DNA of 64,000 nt from a virus. Lineage: Duplodnaviria > Caudoviricetes. The notes below the pieces were generated by a model that did not search any database, was not told where the DNA came from, and worked only from the letters and a program-made list of their open reading frames with translations. Location: the IMG/VR virus record IMGVR_UViG_3300023119_000004; one strand, 5' to 3'. Shown here one piece after another: positions 29,514-37,173 of the stretch (position 1 is the first letter of the stretch; every line of letters begins with the position of its first letter). A program made the position numbers and the translations under genes.

Positions 29514-30482
29514 TTAAAATATCATACTTAAAAGTAATGATCTGTTTTTGCTTATTAACTCATCTCTTGTACTATTACTATTTACATAATAGATACCAGT
29601 TTTTCCAATGTCTTGAGTTTTAGTATAAATTTTAACACCATCTGTTGGAGCCGCCGGATCAAGAGTATTATCATCAACACTAGGTGTTGCTAAAATATGT
29701 AGTTGGTCATCAATTACAACAGAACCTGTGCCAGGCGCACTTAAAGTTAAATCTGCTCCACTATTAGTAGTTTCAATAGTAGAATTTACAAATCTAAAAT
29801 CATGCATTTCTGTTCTATCATTATAGAAGTTTGCTGTAGTAATACTGTCAACAGTAACAGCAAAGTTACTTGGGTGTCCAGTTGTTTCACTGTCAAACAC
29901 TTCAACTTCTGTTAAACTTGCAGTACCTGTTCTTAGTCTTGTAAAGTTTGCCGCGGCAACCTGTTGTGCAATAACGTTGTCAACATATTTTTTATTAGGA
30001 ATATCGTCGTCGTCTGTAATTTGATCTTCGTAGTTGTTAGTTCCACTAACACTAATAACACCAGTACCACTATTAATTAAAAATAAATCACCACCACCGG
30101 TTGTAATACTTCTTACTTGTAATCCAATGTTACCACCGTTTTCGTCAATTAATGTAAATGCACCTGTTCTAATAGTTTGTGAAACAGGATCATTCCAGTT
30201 AATTGTTTCGTCAAACAAAATCTGTGTATCAGGCAAACTACCTCTGTCAATTCTAATACCTGCTTGTCCAAGTGTTACACCAACACCAGTTTCGCCATTG
30301 TTAATAACAATAATATTATCGTTAACTTCCAAGTTTGCTGATGAAACAGTTGTAGTATTACCATTGACAACAAGATCACCTGTTAGGTATAATTGTCCAA
30401 TCAAGTTTCCAGTATCAATAGTTACTGTACCGCCTTCTTGTACTTTTATTGTATAATCGCCTGTTGTTACAAATTGTTTCAT
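29514..30482 (-). CDS. Virion structural protein
   Basis: 322 aa; L.V.G.TTTV.S..L.V.DNII..N..E.G.G...AGI.IDRG pattern common in T4-like fibre proteins. Confidence 0.65.
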   Translation of the reverse strand: MKQFVTTGDYTIKVQEGGTVTIDTGNLIGQLYLTGDLVVNGNTTTVSSANLEVNDNIIVINNGETGVGVTLGQAGIRIDRGSLPDTQILFDETINWNDPVSQTIRTGAFTLIDENGGNIGLQVRSITTGGGDLFLINSGTGVISVSGTNNYEDQITDDDDIPNKKYVDNVIAQQVAAANFTRLRTGTASLTEVEVFDSETTGHPSNFAVTVDSITTANFYNDRTEMHDFRFVNSTIETTNSGADLTLSAPGTGSVVIDDQLHILATPSVDDNTLDPAAPTDGVKIYTKTQDIGKTGIYYVNSNSTRDELISKNRSLLLSMIF

Positions 30483-30501
30483 TAACTAAATCCTAAAGTT
30501 A

Positions 30502-30521
30502 GTGGGGGATTTCTCCCCCAC
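30502..30521 (-). terminator. GC-rich hairpin GUGGGGGA-GAAA-UCCCCCAC (weak U-tract; terminator or processing/stability hairpin)
   Basis: Perfect 8-bp stem with a GAAA tetraloop just downstream of the 30536 stop. Confidence 0.55.
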
Positions 30522-30535
30522 CATAGTACTATCTA

Positions 30536-30976
30536 TTAGCCATCACCTTCAGTATCGTCAGCACCTGTTAGTACGTCATCTGATGTACCAAGAGTTGCGT
30601 CAACACCTGCGCCAATGCCTGTACCTGCTTCTTCAACTGCTACTGTATCACCAGTACCTGTGAAGTCCCAGTTAATTCTTGAACCGTTGTCCATAGTAAG
30701 AACACGACCAGAAATTTTAGTTACTTGACGAGCAGTACCACCGTCATCAACTGTAATAGTCATTTCACCTGCCGCGATAGCCGCTGATGCTTTGTCTACT
30801 AGGTAGCAAGTACCAGTGTCTGTTCCGCCTGCATTTGAAACTTTAAAACGCTTTGAACCAGTTTGTTTTACAATGTAACCCGGTGTTGAACCGTTACCTG
30901 TGTTAAACTGGACCTTAATTTCTGAACCACCTGCTGTAGGTGCTCCGAAATATCTTTTATTAATAGGTCTTCCCAT
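30536..30976 (-). CDS. Virion structural protein (true start likely ATG 30976, MGRPINKRYFG)
   Basis: AAGGAGA RBS at 30983-30989; the track's upstream extension overlaps a structured leader. Confidence 0.7.
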   Translation of the reverse strand: MGRPINKRYFGAPTAGGSEIKVQFNTGNGSTPGYIVKQTGSKRFKVSNAGGTDTGTCYLVDKASAAIAAGEMTITVDDGGTARQVTKISGRVLTMDNGSRINWDFTGTGDTVAVEEAGTGIGAGVDATLGTSDDVLTGADDTEGDG

Positions 30977-30982
30977 TTGTTT

Positions 30983-31074
30983 TCTCCTTATTAGAAGTCC
31001 GATGCACGTTCTAGGTGCTACGGGGTTGGATCCCCATAAGTCCGCCACTCTTGCGGCACACTATCTGACACAAG
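30983..31074 (-). promoter_or_regulatory. Candidate structured 5' leader (three hairpins plus possible pseudoknot next to the RBS)
   Basis: Stems at 31043-31058, 31019-31038 and 31004-31018; loop UAGAA is complementary to UUCUA (30992-30996). Confidence 0.5.
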
Positions 31075-31077
31075 TAT

Positions 31078-31497
31078 TTATCTAATTGCTGTGATTGGTG
31101 AATTATTATTACGAACTGCAAGATTTATAAAGGATCTTATAAAGTCAAAGCGTGTTGCAAGTATTTCAAATAAATCTGTATTAAAGCCTTCTTGCACAAG
31201 CGTATATGAACTTTTTCCTATATCTGAATAGTACCGCACACTTATTCCATACTCAGGAAAAACGCCTGTAACAAACAAACAACTATCTCCTAATTCTTTT
31301 GCTGTGTAGTTGTATGGACGTTTGAGTTTTAAAAACTCTTGTGCAAAGGTTTGTTTTGGAAGAAAATTTGGTTTGTCTATTTTGTCTGCAAGAAGCATTA
31401 CTACATAGGCTTCAATTTCGGTCGGAAGATCAAACCCAGTAGTTGACTGTGCCTCGCGGACAATGTCGTAAAAGGCCGATGTGTATTCGTCCCTCAT
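31078..31497 (-). CDS. Conserved hypothetical protein (GDxCLFxxGxFP motif)
   Basis: 139-aa ORF with a CTAAATA box 5 nt upstream of the ATG. Confidence 0.75.
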   Translation of the reverse strand: MRDEYTSAFYDIVREAQSTTGFDLPTEIEAYVVMLLADKIDKPNFLPKQTFAQEFLKLKRPYNYTAKELGDSCLFVTGVFPEYGISVRYYSDIGKSSYTLVQEGFNTDLFEILATRFDFIRSFINLAVRNNNSPITAIR

Positions 31498-31510
31498 ACT
31501 AATATTTAGT

Positions 31511-31546
31511 CAAAAAAATAGGCCCAATGCGAACAGAGGGCCTATA
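31511..31546 (-). terminator. Rho-independent terminator of the cold-shock gene
   Basis: AUAGGCCC...GGGCCUAU stem followed by a U-tract. Confidence 0.8.
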
Positions 31547-31558
31547 GTTGTAGTTCTA

Positions 31559-31759
31559 CTACTTGACTGTTAAGTTTACAGCAGAAGGGCCTTTTGGACC
31601 ATCCTGAATTTCAAACTGTACAGTATCGCCTTCGTTCAACGAGTGTAAGCCTGCGGCTTCTACTGCTGAAATGTGTACGAAAATATCTTTATTTTCACTT
31701 GCGATAAATCCAAAACCTTTAGCGGAGTTGAACCATTTTACTTGTCCTTGATTACTCAT
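31559..31759 (-). CDS. cspA: Cold-shock protein (CSD)
   Basis: GQVKWFN, RNP-1 KGFGFI, RNP-2 [17 protein letters not shown]. Confidence 0.95.
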   Translation of the reverse strand: MSNQGQVKWFNSAKGFGFIASENKDIFVHISAVEAAGLHSLNEGDTVQFEIQDGPKGPSAVNLTVK

Positions 31760-31879
31760 GTTTTTCCTTGTTCGTGTTTATATTTGAGGAAGTTTGTATC
31801 TAATATTAGGGCGGGAGGTTTGTTAATTCTACTGCGTCTTGTTCTTATTACTGTCTTGTCTCATTTGTATTTAGTCAAT

Positions 31880-31912
31880 AAAAAAGGTTTATCCAGTCTC
31901 CCGAATAAACCT
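31880..31912 (-). terminator. Rho-independent terminator
   Basis: AGGUUUAUUCGG-GAGA-CUGGAUAAACCU 12-bp stem with GNRA loop, followed by UUUUU. Confidence 0.85.
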
Positions 31913-32139
31913 CTTTTAGGCATAAGCAAAATAGGTAGGACTTGGTTACACCTACAACCCTTCGACGCAGATACCTATCTGAATCCCAGGAACCGACTTC
32001 CGCTCGGTAGAGCAATGTGACACAACGCATTTCTGCAACCATGCCTGGGTACCACCCCTAAGCCGTCAAGTTCGACCCTCTGGTAAAGGCCTCTTCCTTG
32101 CACTATATACATCGGACCGCTAAATCCTTTGCAACTTAT
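31880..32139 (-). ncRNA. Candidate ~260-nt structured ncRNA of unknown family
   Basis: GC-richer intergenic block with multiple stems, bounded by a sigma70-type promoter and an intrinsic terminator; no credible ORF. Confidence 0.6.
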
Positions 32140-32145
32140 AATACT

Positions 32146-32174
32146 AATATAACAAATGTTTGTGAAAAAAGCAA
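32146..32174 (-). promoter_or_regulatory. Sigma70-type promoter TTGCTT-N17-TATATT with TGn extended -10
   Basis: -35 at 32174-32169, -10 at 32151-32146, located downstream of the gp23 terminator. Confidence 0.6.
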
Positions 32175-32210
32175 GTAGTAAGTTTACCAAAATATAGAAA
32201 TTGGAGTCAT

Positions 32211-32241
32211 AAAAAAAGGGCGAACCTAAGTCCGCCCTTTT
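32211..32241 (-). terminator. Rho-independent terminator of the capsid operon
   Basis: AAAAGGGCG...CGCCCUUUUUUU. Confidence 0.85.
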
Positions 32242-32266
32242 AATCAGTTTAGTAACTGTCTCTGGC

Positions 32267-33433
32267 TTACGAGAAAGTAACGTTGCTAATAGCAACTGTA
32301 CCTAAGTAGTCTGCCGCATTACCTAGAGATGATGCTGTGTTTGATAACTCAACATAACCGTATCTAGTCATGAACGAAACTACTGGCTCGAATGAAGCCG
32401 GATCTAGCACAACACCGCTTGACATTAAAGGAATGTATGGGCAGTAGAATGCTGGAGCATCTGACTCAGATGAACCTTTGTAGCCAACTAGTACTGAAGT
32501 ACTGTCGTTTGCATATGAATCAACGTAAATCTTCATAGCACCATTCAAAGTACCAACCATTTTAGTGTTTGTTGGTGCTTCAAAAGTACCTTCAGTTGTT
32601 CTTGCGAACGCTGAAGTTGTTGCTGATTGAAGAACAGTTAAAGCGTGTGGTGAAACTACTGCGTAGTTACCAGCGCCTCTACGTGTACGCTGAGCGATAG
32701 TGTTAGCAACACGGTTGATCATCACAGCCAAAGCCGCGTGTTCGTCACCTACGAATGTTGCAGTACCTGATACCGCTGTTTGGTCATATGACTGTTGGTT
32801 TTGCGTACCAGCCAATGCACGTAATGAAGCAAGAACTTCTTGGTCGATTTCAGCAGTAATTTCTTGTGCTAAAGCCGCCATAATTTCAGCCTCAATATCG
32901 ATACCTTGCTGTGCTTGAGCATCTTGAGCCGCTTCAAACGTCCAACGAGCACTCAACTTACGAGTTTTCGCTTCGACAGTTTGTTTCAAGATTTGAATCG
33001 ACATACGCTTACCAGCCGCACCTTCAAGTGCCGCAGTAGCGGAACCTGCTGGAGTAGCATCTGTAGCGTTACCTGAATAGGCCGCCGCGATCTTGAACGG
33101 TGATAATGCTTCTTCACCAACTTCGTTACCATCAGATGAATCTGCGTAACGTACTCTTAATGTGTGGATCTGACCAACTGGACCAGTCATTGGTTGTACA
33201 CCAACCAATTCGTTTGCGATCACAGTAGGCATAACCCTTCTGATTACTGGTAGGATAACTCTGTTTAGAGTTGCGACATTACCGGCACTTGTAGCACCTG
33301 CTGTTGCAGTCTCATTCAACCACTTGCGTGTGTTTTCTAGAGTACTTGCCATTACAGCCTTTTTGTTACCATTTAGGCCTTCTAAAAGTGCAGTTTTGGT
33401 ATCCTGCCAGCGACTTTCTAGTAGTTCTGACAT
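32267..33433 (-). CDS. gp23: Major capsid protein, T4 gp23-like
   Basis: VGVQPMTGPVGQIHTLR, VEAKTRKL.ARWT.E.AQD, AEIMAALAQEITAEIDQE, YCPYIPL, MTRYG. Confidence 0.96.
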   Translation of the reverse strand: MSELLESRWQDTKTALLEGLNGNKKAVMASTLENTRKWLNETATAGATSAGNVATLNRVILPVIRRVMPTVIANELVGVQPMTGPVGQIHTLRVRYADSSDGNEVGEEALSPFKIAAAYSGNATDATPAGSATAALEGAAGKRMSIQILKQTVEAKTRKLSARWTFEAAQDAQAQQGIDIEAEIMAALAQEITAEIDQEVLASLRALAGTQNQQSYDQTAVSGTATFVGDEHAALAVMINRVANTIAQRTRRGAGNYAVVSPHALTVLQSATTSAFARTTEGTFEAPTNTKMVGTLNGAMKIYVDSYANDSTSVLVGYKGSSESDAPAFYCPYIPLMSSGVVLDPASFEPVVSFMTRYGYVELSNTASSLGNAADYLGTVAISNVTFS

Positions 33434-33443
33434 TGTTTTCTCC

Positions 33444-34547
33444 TTATTTCAATCCTGCAAGTCTTCGAATGTCAACAATATTATTTGCTACATCTGAACT
33501 TACACTACTAACGTTAGTATTTTCTTTATTGCCTGTAATTTCTTTTGCCTCTGACTCTGTTAATGTCGCCTTCTTCGCTGGCGTTTTACCGTCAATAACT
33601 GCCGGTAAGTACTTATCAAACGCACTTTGCAGTTTGTCTGTTTGTACTGATTCCAGTAAATCTGACATAATTTCACGCTGGTCCTTGCTCAAAGGTCCAG
33701 TTAGTTCGTGCATTACTTCTTTGCGTTTAGCCGCATCAGCAATTTTAGCAATTTCTGCTTCTTTGCTTTCAACGATCTTCTTAACTTCCGCAGATTCTGC
33801 TTTTGCTTCTTCAATTGCCTTGTCTTTCAACTCAACAACTTTCATAAGTTTTGCAGTTTCTGATTTCTCATTCAAGTAACTGTTAGTATACTCCTGAGCA
33901 AATGTTTCGAAAATCTTGCGACCAAAATCGTTTTTACGTGCTGAGTCAATATCTTCTTTCAATTGACCAATCTCTTTCTTAAGTGATTTGCCAACAGTTT
34001 CTGATACCATCTTAGCACTACGCTCAACAAAAGTCTTACGTACTTTTGCTAAGTGTTCCTTAGCCTCACGTACTAAACGTACTTTAGTTTCGGCTAAGTC
34101 TTTTTTATCTTCGTGGAACTCTGCAATTTCTTTTGCTAGAGCCTCTACAACGAAATCTTCAAGTTTGCCAAACTTAGTTGACATTACTTTCTGATCTTCG
34201 TGTAACTCACCCACTTCCTTTTTAAGTTGCTCAAATACAAAACCTTTTAGTTGTTGTGCGTTTTCACGCATAGCAACAGCATATTTTGCTCTTGCTTCTG
34301 CTAATTGTTTTCTATCTTCTGCAAACTCGGAAATTTCTTCGCTTAATTTGTCTGATACAAGTTTATCAACTGCTTCTACCATTTGAGCCTTATCGTGCTC
34401 ATACTTTGAAGCAAACTCTTCGCGAAGTTCAGCAGTTACAGCAAGTTTGTTTTCTTGTACTTGCTTGTCCCATGCTTCTTGGATGGAGGCTTTCACGTCT
34501 TCTGAAATTACATCATTTTCAAAAAGTGATTTTAGTGCTTCCAACAT
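33444..34547 (-). CDS. gp22: Prohead core scaffold protein, gp22-like
   Basis: Coiled-coil, charged 367-aa protein located between protease and capsid genes. Confidence 0.8.
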   Translation of the reverse strand: MLEALKSLFENDVISEDVKASIQEAWDKQVQENKLAVTAELREEFASKYEHDKAQMVEAVDKLVSDKLSEEISEFAEDRKQLAEARAKYAVAMRENAQQLKGFVFEQLKKEVGELHEDQKVMSTKFGKLEDFVVEALAKEIAEFHEDKKDLAETKVRLVREAKEHLAKVRKTFVERSAKMVSETVGKSLKKEIGQLKEDIDSARKNDFGRKIFETFAQEYTNSYLNEKSETAKLMKVVELKDKAIEEAKAESAEVKKIVESKEAEIAKIADAAKRKEVMHELTGPLSKDQREIMSDLLESVQTDKLQSAFDKYLPAVIDGKTPAKKATLTESEAKEITGNKENTNVSSVSSDVANNIVDIRRLAGLK

Positions 34548-34560
34548 TTGGTTTCTCCTA

Positions 34561-35196
34561 TTACCTGAGTCCTTTGATTATGTTAACCAATGACTCTTTT
34601 AAATACTTTTGCGCCTTGCTATCGCCTTGAACTTCACGTGCTATTTGTAGTGCCTTGTACCCCCCACGGGCATTCATTAATTGCTCATAGATTGGTGTTG
34701 GGTACGCACCTGGAGCACTTGGTTGAGCAACGATATCAACAGTGATAATTTCGTAATCGCTCACTTCGCCGGATCCGTCCTCTCGGACGTTACCAGATCC
34801 CCTTGATGAAACACCTAGTTTAACTCCGCTTTCAAGCATTGTTTGAACTAGTTGTCCCATCGGGGTTGGTAAAATTTTCATTTTTCCGTATCCATTAGGT
34901 CCATCCATCCACATATCAGTAATCATATGGGATACACGGTCTAAGTTAATGTTAAGTCCTTCGGGGTGATCAACTTCTCCAAGAACCGAATATCCGCCGC
35001 TAATCTGATCATTAAGGGTTTGGACAGCCTTCCCAATCTCGGTAACAGGGTAAACACGCTGGTTTGCATTACGCACACCACCTTGAATGCAAATTCCTTT
35101 TAAGAAAAGGTCTTTGCCCCCTTTATCGTTTTCGGAAGTCTCAACGACCATCTTTGCTTGGTCGAATGTTAGGTTCTCTTTAAGTGTAAACACCAT
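34561..35196 (-). CDS. gp21: Prohead protease, gp21-like
   Basis: GGVRNANQRVYP, GEVDHP, LGVSSRGSG, DIVAQPSAPGA. Confidence 0.93.
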   Translation of the reverse strand: MVFTLKENLTFDQAKMVVETSENDKGGKDLFLKGICIQGGVRNANQRVYPVTEIGKAVQTLNDQISGGYSVLGEVDHPEGLNINLDRVSHMITDMWMDGPNGYGKMKILPTPMGQLVQTMLESGVKLGVSSRGSGNVREDGSGEVSDYEIITVDIVAQPSAPGAYPTPIYEQLMNARGGYKALQIAREVQGDSKAQKYLKESLVNIIKGLR

Positions 35197-35209
35197 CTAT
35201 TTCCTTAAC

Positions 35210-36208
35210 TTACTTGCCTAGTAATGACTTTTTGTCAGTACCAGTTTCGCCTGCGCCTTTTTTCTCAGCGCCATGGCCTTTTGAGTCAGACTTTAATGAC
35301 TTAGAAGCCTTACCGCCTGGAACGTTTACGTTACCTGCGTTATCTTCTTTAGGTGATTTATCAGCAAGACCTGCATCAGATCCACCGCCTTCACCGCCTT
35401 TAGCAATGTTAGCCGCTGTGCCACCCATGTCATTTTTAGACGCAACAGTTGATTTAGTATTAACATTAGATTCTGAATTTGATGGATCAGAAACTTTTTG
35501 TACATACTCTCTCATTAGTTCTGTTTGGTCTTTTGGCATTTCCTTCTTTTCAAAAGCAGGAACTGCTTCTGGCTCAAGAGCGAAGCCTTCATCGGCTTCT
35601 TCGTCACCTTCGTCATCGCCAGCGTCCATATCCATTTCTGGACCTTCTTCGCCGTCGTCATCACCTTTATCTTCATCTGACATCATTGCGTCAAATTCTG
35701 CTTTAAGGTCGTCGAAAGTGTCTTCTAAATCGGCAACTCTGTCTTCTAAATCTTCTGAATCTTCGTCACCGTTATCTTCTTCGTCGTCACCACCTTCGAT
35801 GTCAGCCATCATGTCGTCTGCTGGGTCACCGCCCATATCGTCGTCACCTTCTGGCACTACATCAGTGATGTCTTCTTCAACAGCATCTTCGTCGTCTTTT
35901 GCTTCTGCTTCGTCTGTTTTTTCTTCATCTTCGTCAGTTGCTTCGTCGACTTTGTCTTCGTCATCATCTTTAGATGCTTCGTCAACTTTATCTTCGTCTG
36001 CTGTTTCTTCTTTTTCTTCTACTTTATCGTCAGCGTCTTCTTTTGCAGTTTCTTCAACTTCAACTTCTTCAACGTCTGATTCTAGTAATCCTTCGTAGAT
36101 GTCTCTTGACTTTTCTACTACGATCTCGTGGAACAGGTCTTCTGCACCAGCACGATCGTCAGCGATTAACTTTTCAAGCATCGCTTCAAATTTATTTTGG
36201 TTTGACAT
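35210..36208 (-). CDS. Highly acidic prohead core protein (gp67-like N-terminus)
   Basis: Asp/Glu-rich low-complexity sequence; N-terminal helix resembles T4 gp67; head-operon position. Confidence 0.6.
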   Translation of the reverse strand: MSNQNKFEAMLEKLIADDRAGAEDLFHEIVVEKSRDIYEGLLESDVEEVEVEETAKEDADDKVEEKEETADEDKVDEASKDDDEDKVDEATDEDEEKTDEAEAKDDEDAVEEDITDVVPEGDDDMGGDPADDMMADIEGGDDEEDNGDEDSEDLEDRVADLEDTFDDLKAEFDAMMSDEDKGDDDGEEGPEMDMDAGDDEGDEEADEGFALEPEAVPAFEKKEMPKDQTELMREYVQKVSDPSNSESNVNTKSTVASKNDMGGTAANIAKGGEGGGSDAGLADKSPKEDNAGNVNVPGGKASKSLKSDSKGHGAEKKGAGETGTDKKSLLGK

Positions 36209-36252
36209 ATTATATCCTCCTGTTGGTTTAGATGTGGTTAGGCTGTCAATAA

Positions 36253-36260
36253 TATTTATA
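36253..36260 (-). promoter_or_regulatory. Perfect T4-type late promoter TATAAATA driving the head operon
   Basis: Exact gp55 consensus. Related NTAAATA boxes recur in intergenic gaps at 2063, 3788, 8103, 11849, 12970, 19454, 27140, 28654, 31075, 31503, 31868, 37164, 41630 and 46207 (minus) and at 41605, 46237, 51343, 56465 and 56936 (plus). Confidence 0.85.
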
Positions 36261-36269
36261 GTTTATAGG

Positions 36270-36291
36270 AAAAACACCCTGAAAAGGGTGC
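36270..36291 (-). terminator. Rho-independent terminator after the portal operon
   Basis: GCACCCU-UUUC-AGGGUGU followed by UUUU. Confidence 0.65.
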
Positions 36292-36310
36292 AAAAACGGG
36301 CCGTTTTACA

Positions 36311-36910
36311 TTAGGATTTACGAAAACCATGTAAATCCATAAATTCTTCAACGGTTATATGGCTCAAATTGCCCAATTTCTTTAGCGGGTCTGGACAATA
36401 ATCATTTTTATACTCAGTAACACGAATGTACTTTTTTTGCGGATTCTTCTGGATAATTATGCCAGTTTGTCTAGCCCAATTACCATGATACGTTTCAGCA
36501 TCTACGCTTTTTTTATAGTTTTCCGTGTCTGCGTACAAATTATTTATCTTTCCAGCAATACCTCTAAAGTCAAATCCTAAAATATAAATTGTTTCGTTAT
36601 TGTGTCCTTCTCCGTAAGTTGCAAGCCATAATGCTGTAGGTCCACTACTCCATCCTAGTGGTTCTTTAAAGTAATTAAACTTGTGAAATTTATCGTATAG
36701 TTTGTTTGGATTAGTCCAAACCTCGTGTGTAAGTTGATACCCTGAGTTATTAATTTCTTTAACCATCTTGCTATCTACTGCTACTAGATAGTCAGGTTCA
36801 AACGACCTGTAAACAGCGTTACAAGCGTATATCTTACCAAGGTCTTTAAGTTGATTTAGGTCTATTGACTTTCTGCTAGTACCATTACCTAGCACAAATG
36901 CTGTCGACAT
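36311..36910 (-). CDS. CstII/GT42- or Maf/DUF115-like nucleotide-sugar transferase-like protein
   Basis: AFVLGNGTSRKSIDL...IYACN...TIYILGFDF resembles the CstII pattern IAGNGPS...CN...IYLSGIDF. Confidence 0.55.
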   Translation of the reverse strand: MSTAFVLGNGTSRKSIDLNQLKDLGKIYACNAVYRSFEPDYLVAVDSKMVKEINNSGYQLTHEVWTNPNKLYDKFHKFNYFKEPLGWSSGPTALWLATYGEGHNNETIYILGFDFRGIAGKINNLYADTENYKKSVDAETYHGNWARQTGIIIQKNPQKKYIRVTEYKNDYCPDPLKKLGNLSHITVEEFMDLHGFRKS

Positions 36911-36912
36911 TA

Positions 36913-37158
36913 CTAAACACCTGCTTCTGCATTAGCGGCGATTCCGTACATTTGGCGTACGAAATGCAATTCCTTTTCTTGCTCCTCTTTATGCATATCA
37001 GATGCTCGTCTCATTTTATTAATTTGACGTAGCGTTAGTCGTGTTTTACGTGTGTCGTCTTTGGTCACAATAGAATCGTCATATGCTGGATCATATGCAT
37101 CATTCTCTGCAGGTTGCAAAGTTTCTTTGTCGAAATAAAAGATCTCACGTAGTATCAT
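36913..37158 (-). CDS. Small conserved head-region protein
   Basis: 81 aa; late box 5 nt before the ATG. Confidence 0.7.
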   Translation of the reverse strand: MILREIFYFDKETLQPAENDAYDPAYDDSIVTKDDTRKTRLTLRQINKMRRASDMHKEEQEKELHFVRQMYGIAANAEAGV

Positions 37159-37173
37159 ACTATTATTTATTCC

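Noticed and set aside
31673-32295. Track ORFs 31673..32020 (+) and 31975..32295 (-)
   Set aside because: They cross terminators and promoters, overlap csp or gp23, lack an RBS and have atypical composition; the region is better explained as ncRNA.
35214-36098. Long Ser-rich plus-strand ORF (likewise 39175..40332, 43170..43700, 43881..44477 and the other antisense ORFs)
   Set aside because: Antisense shadows caused by codon bias of the real minus-strand genes.
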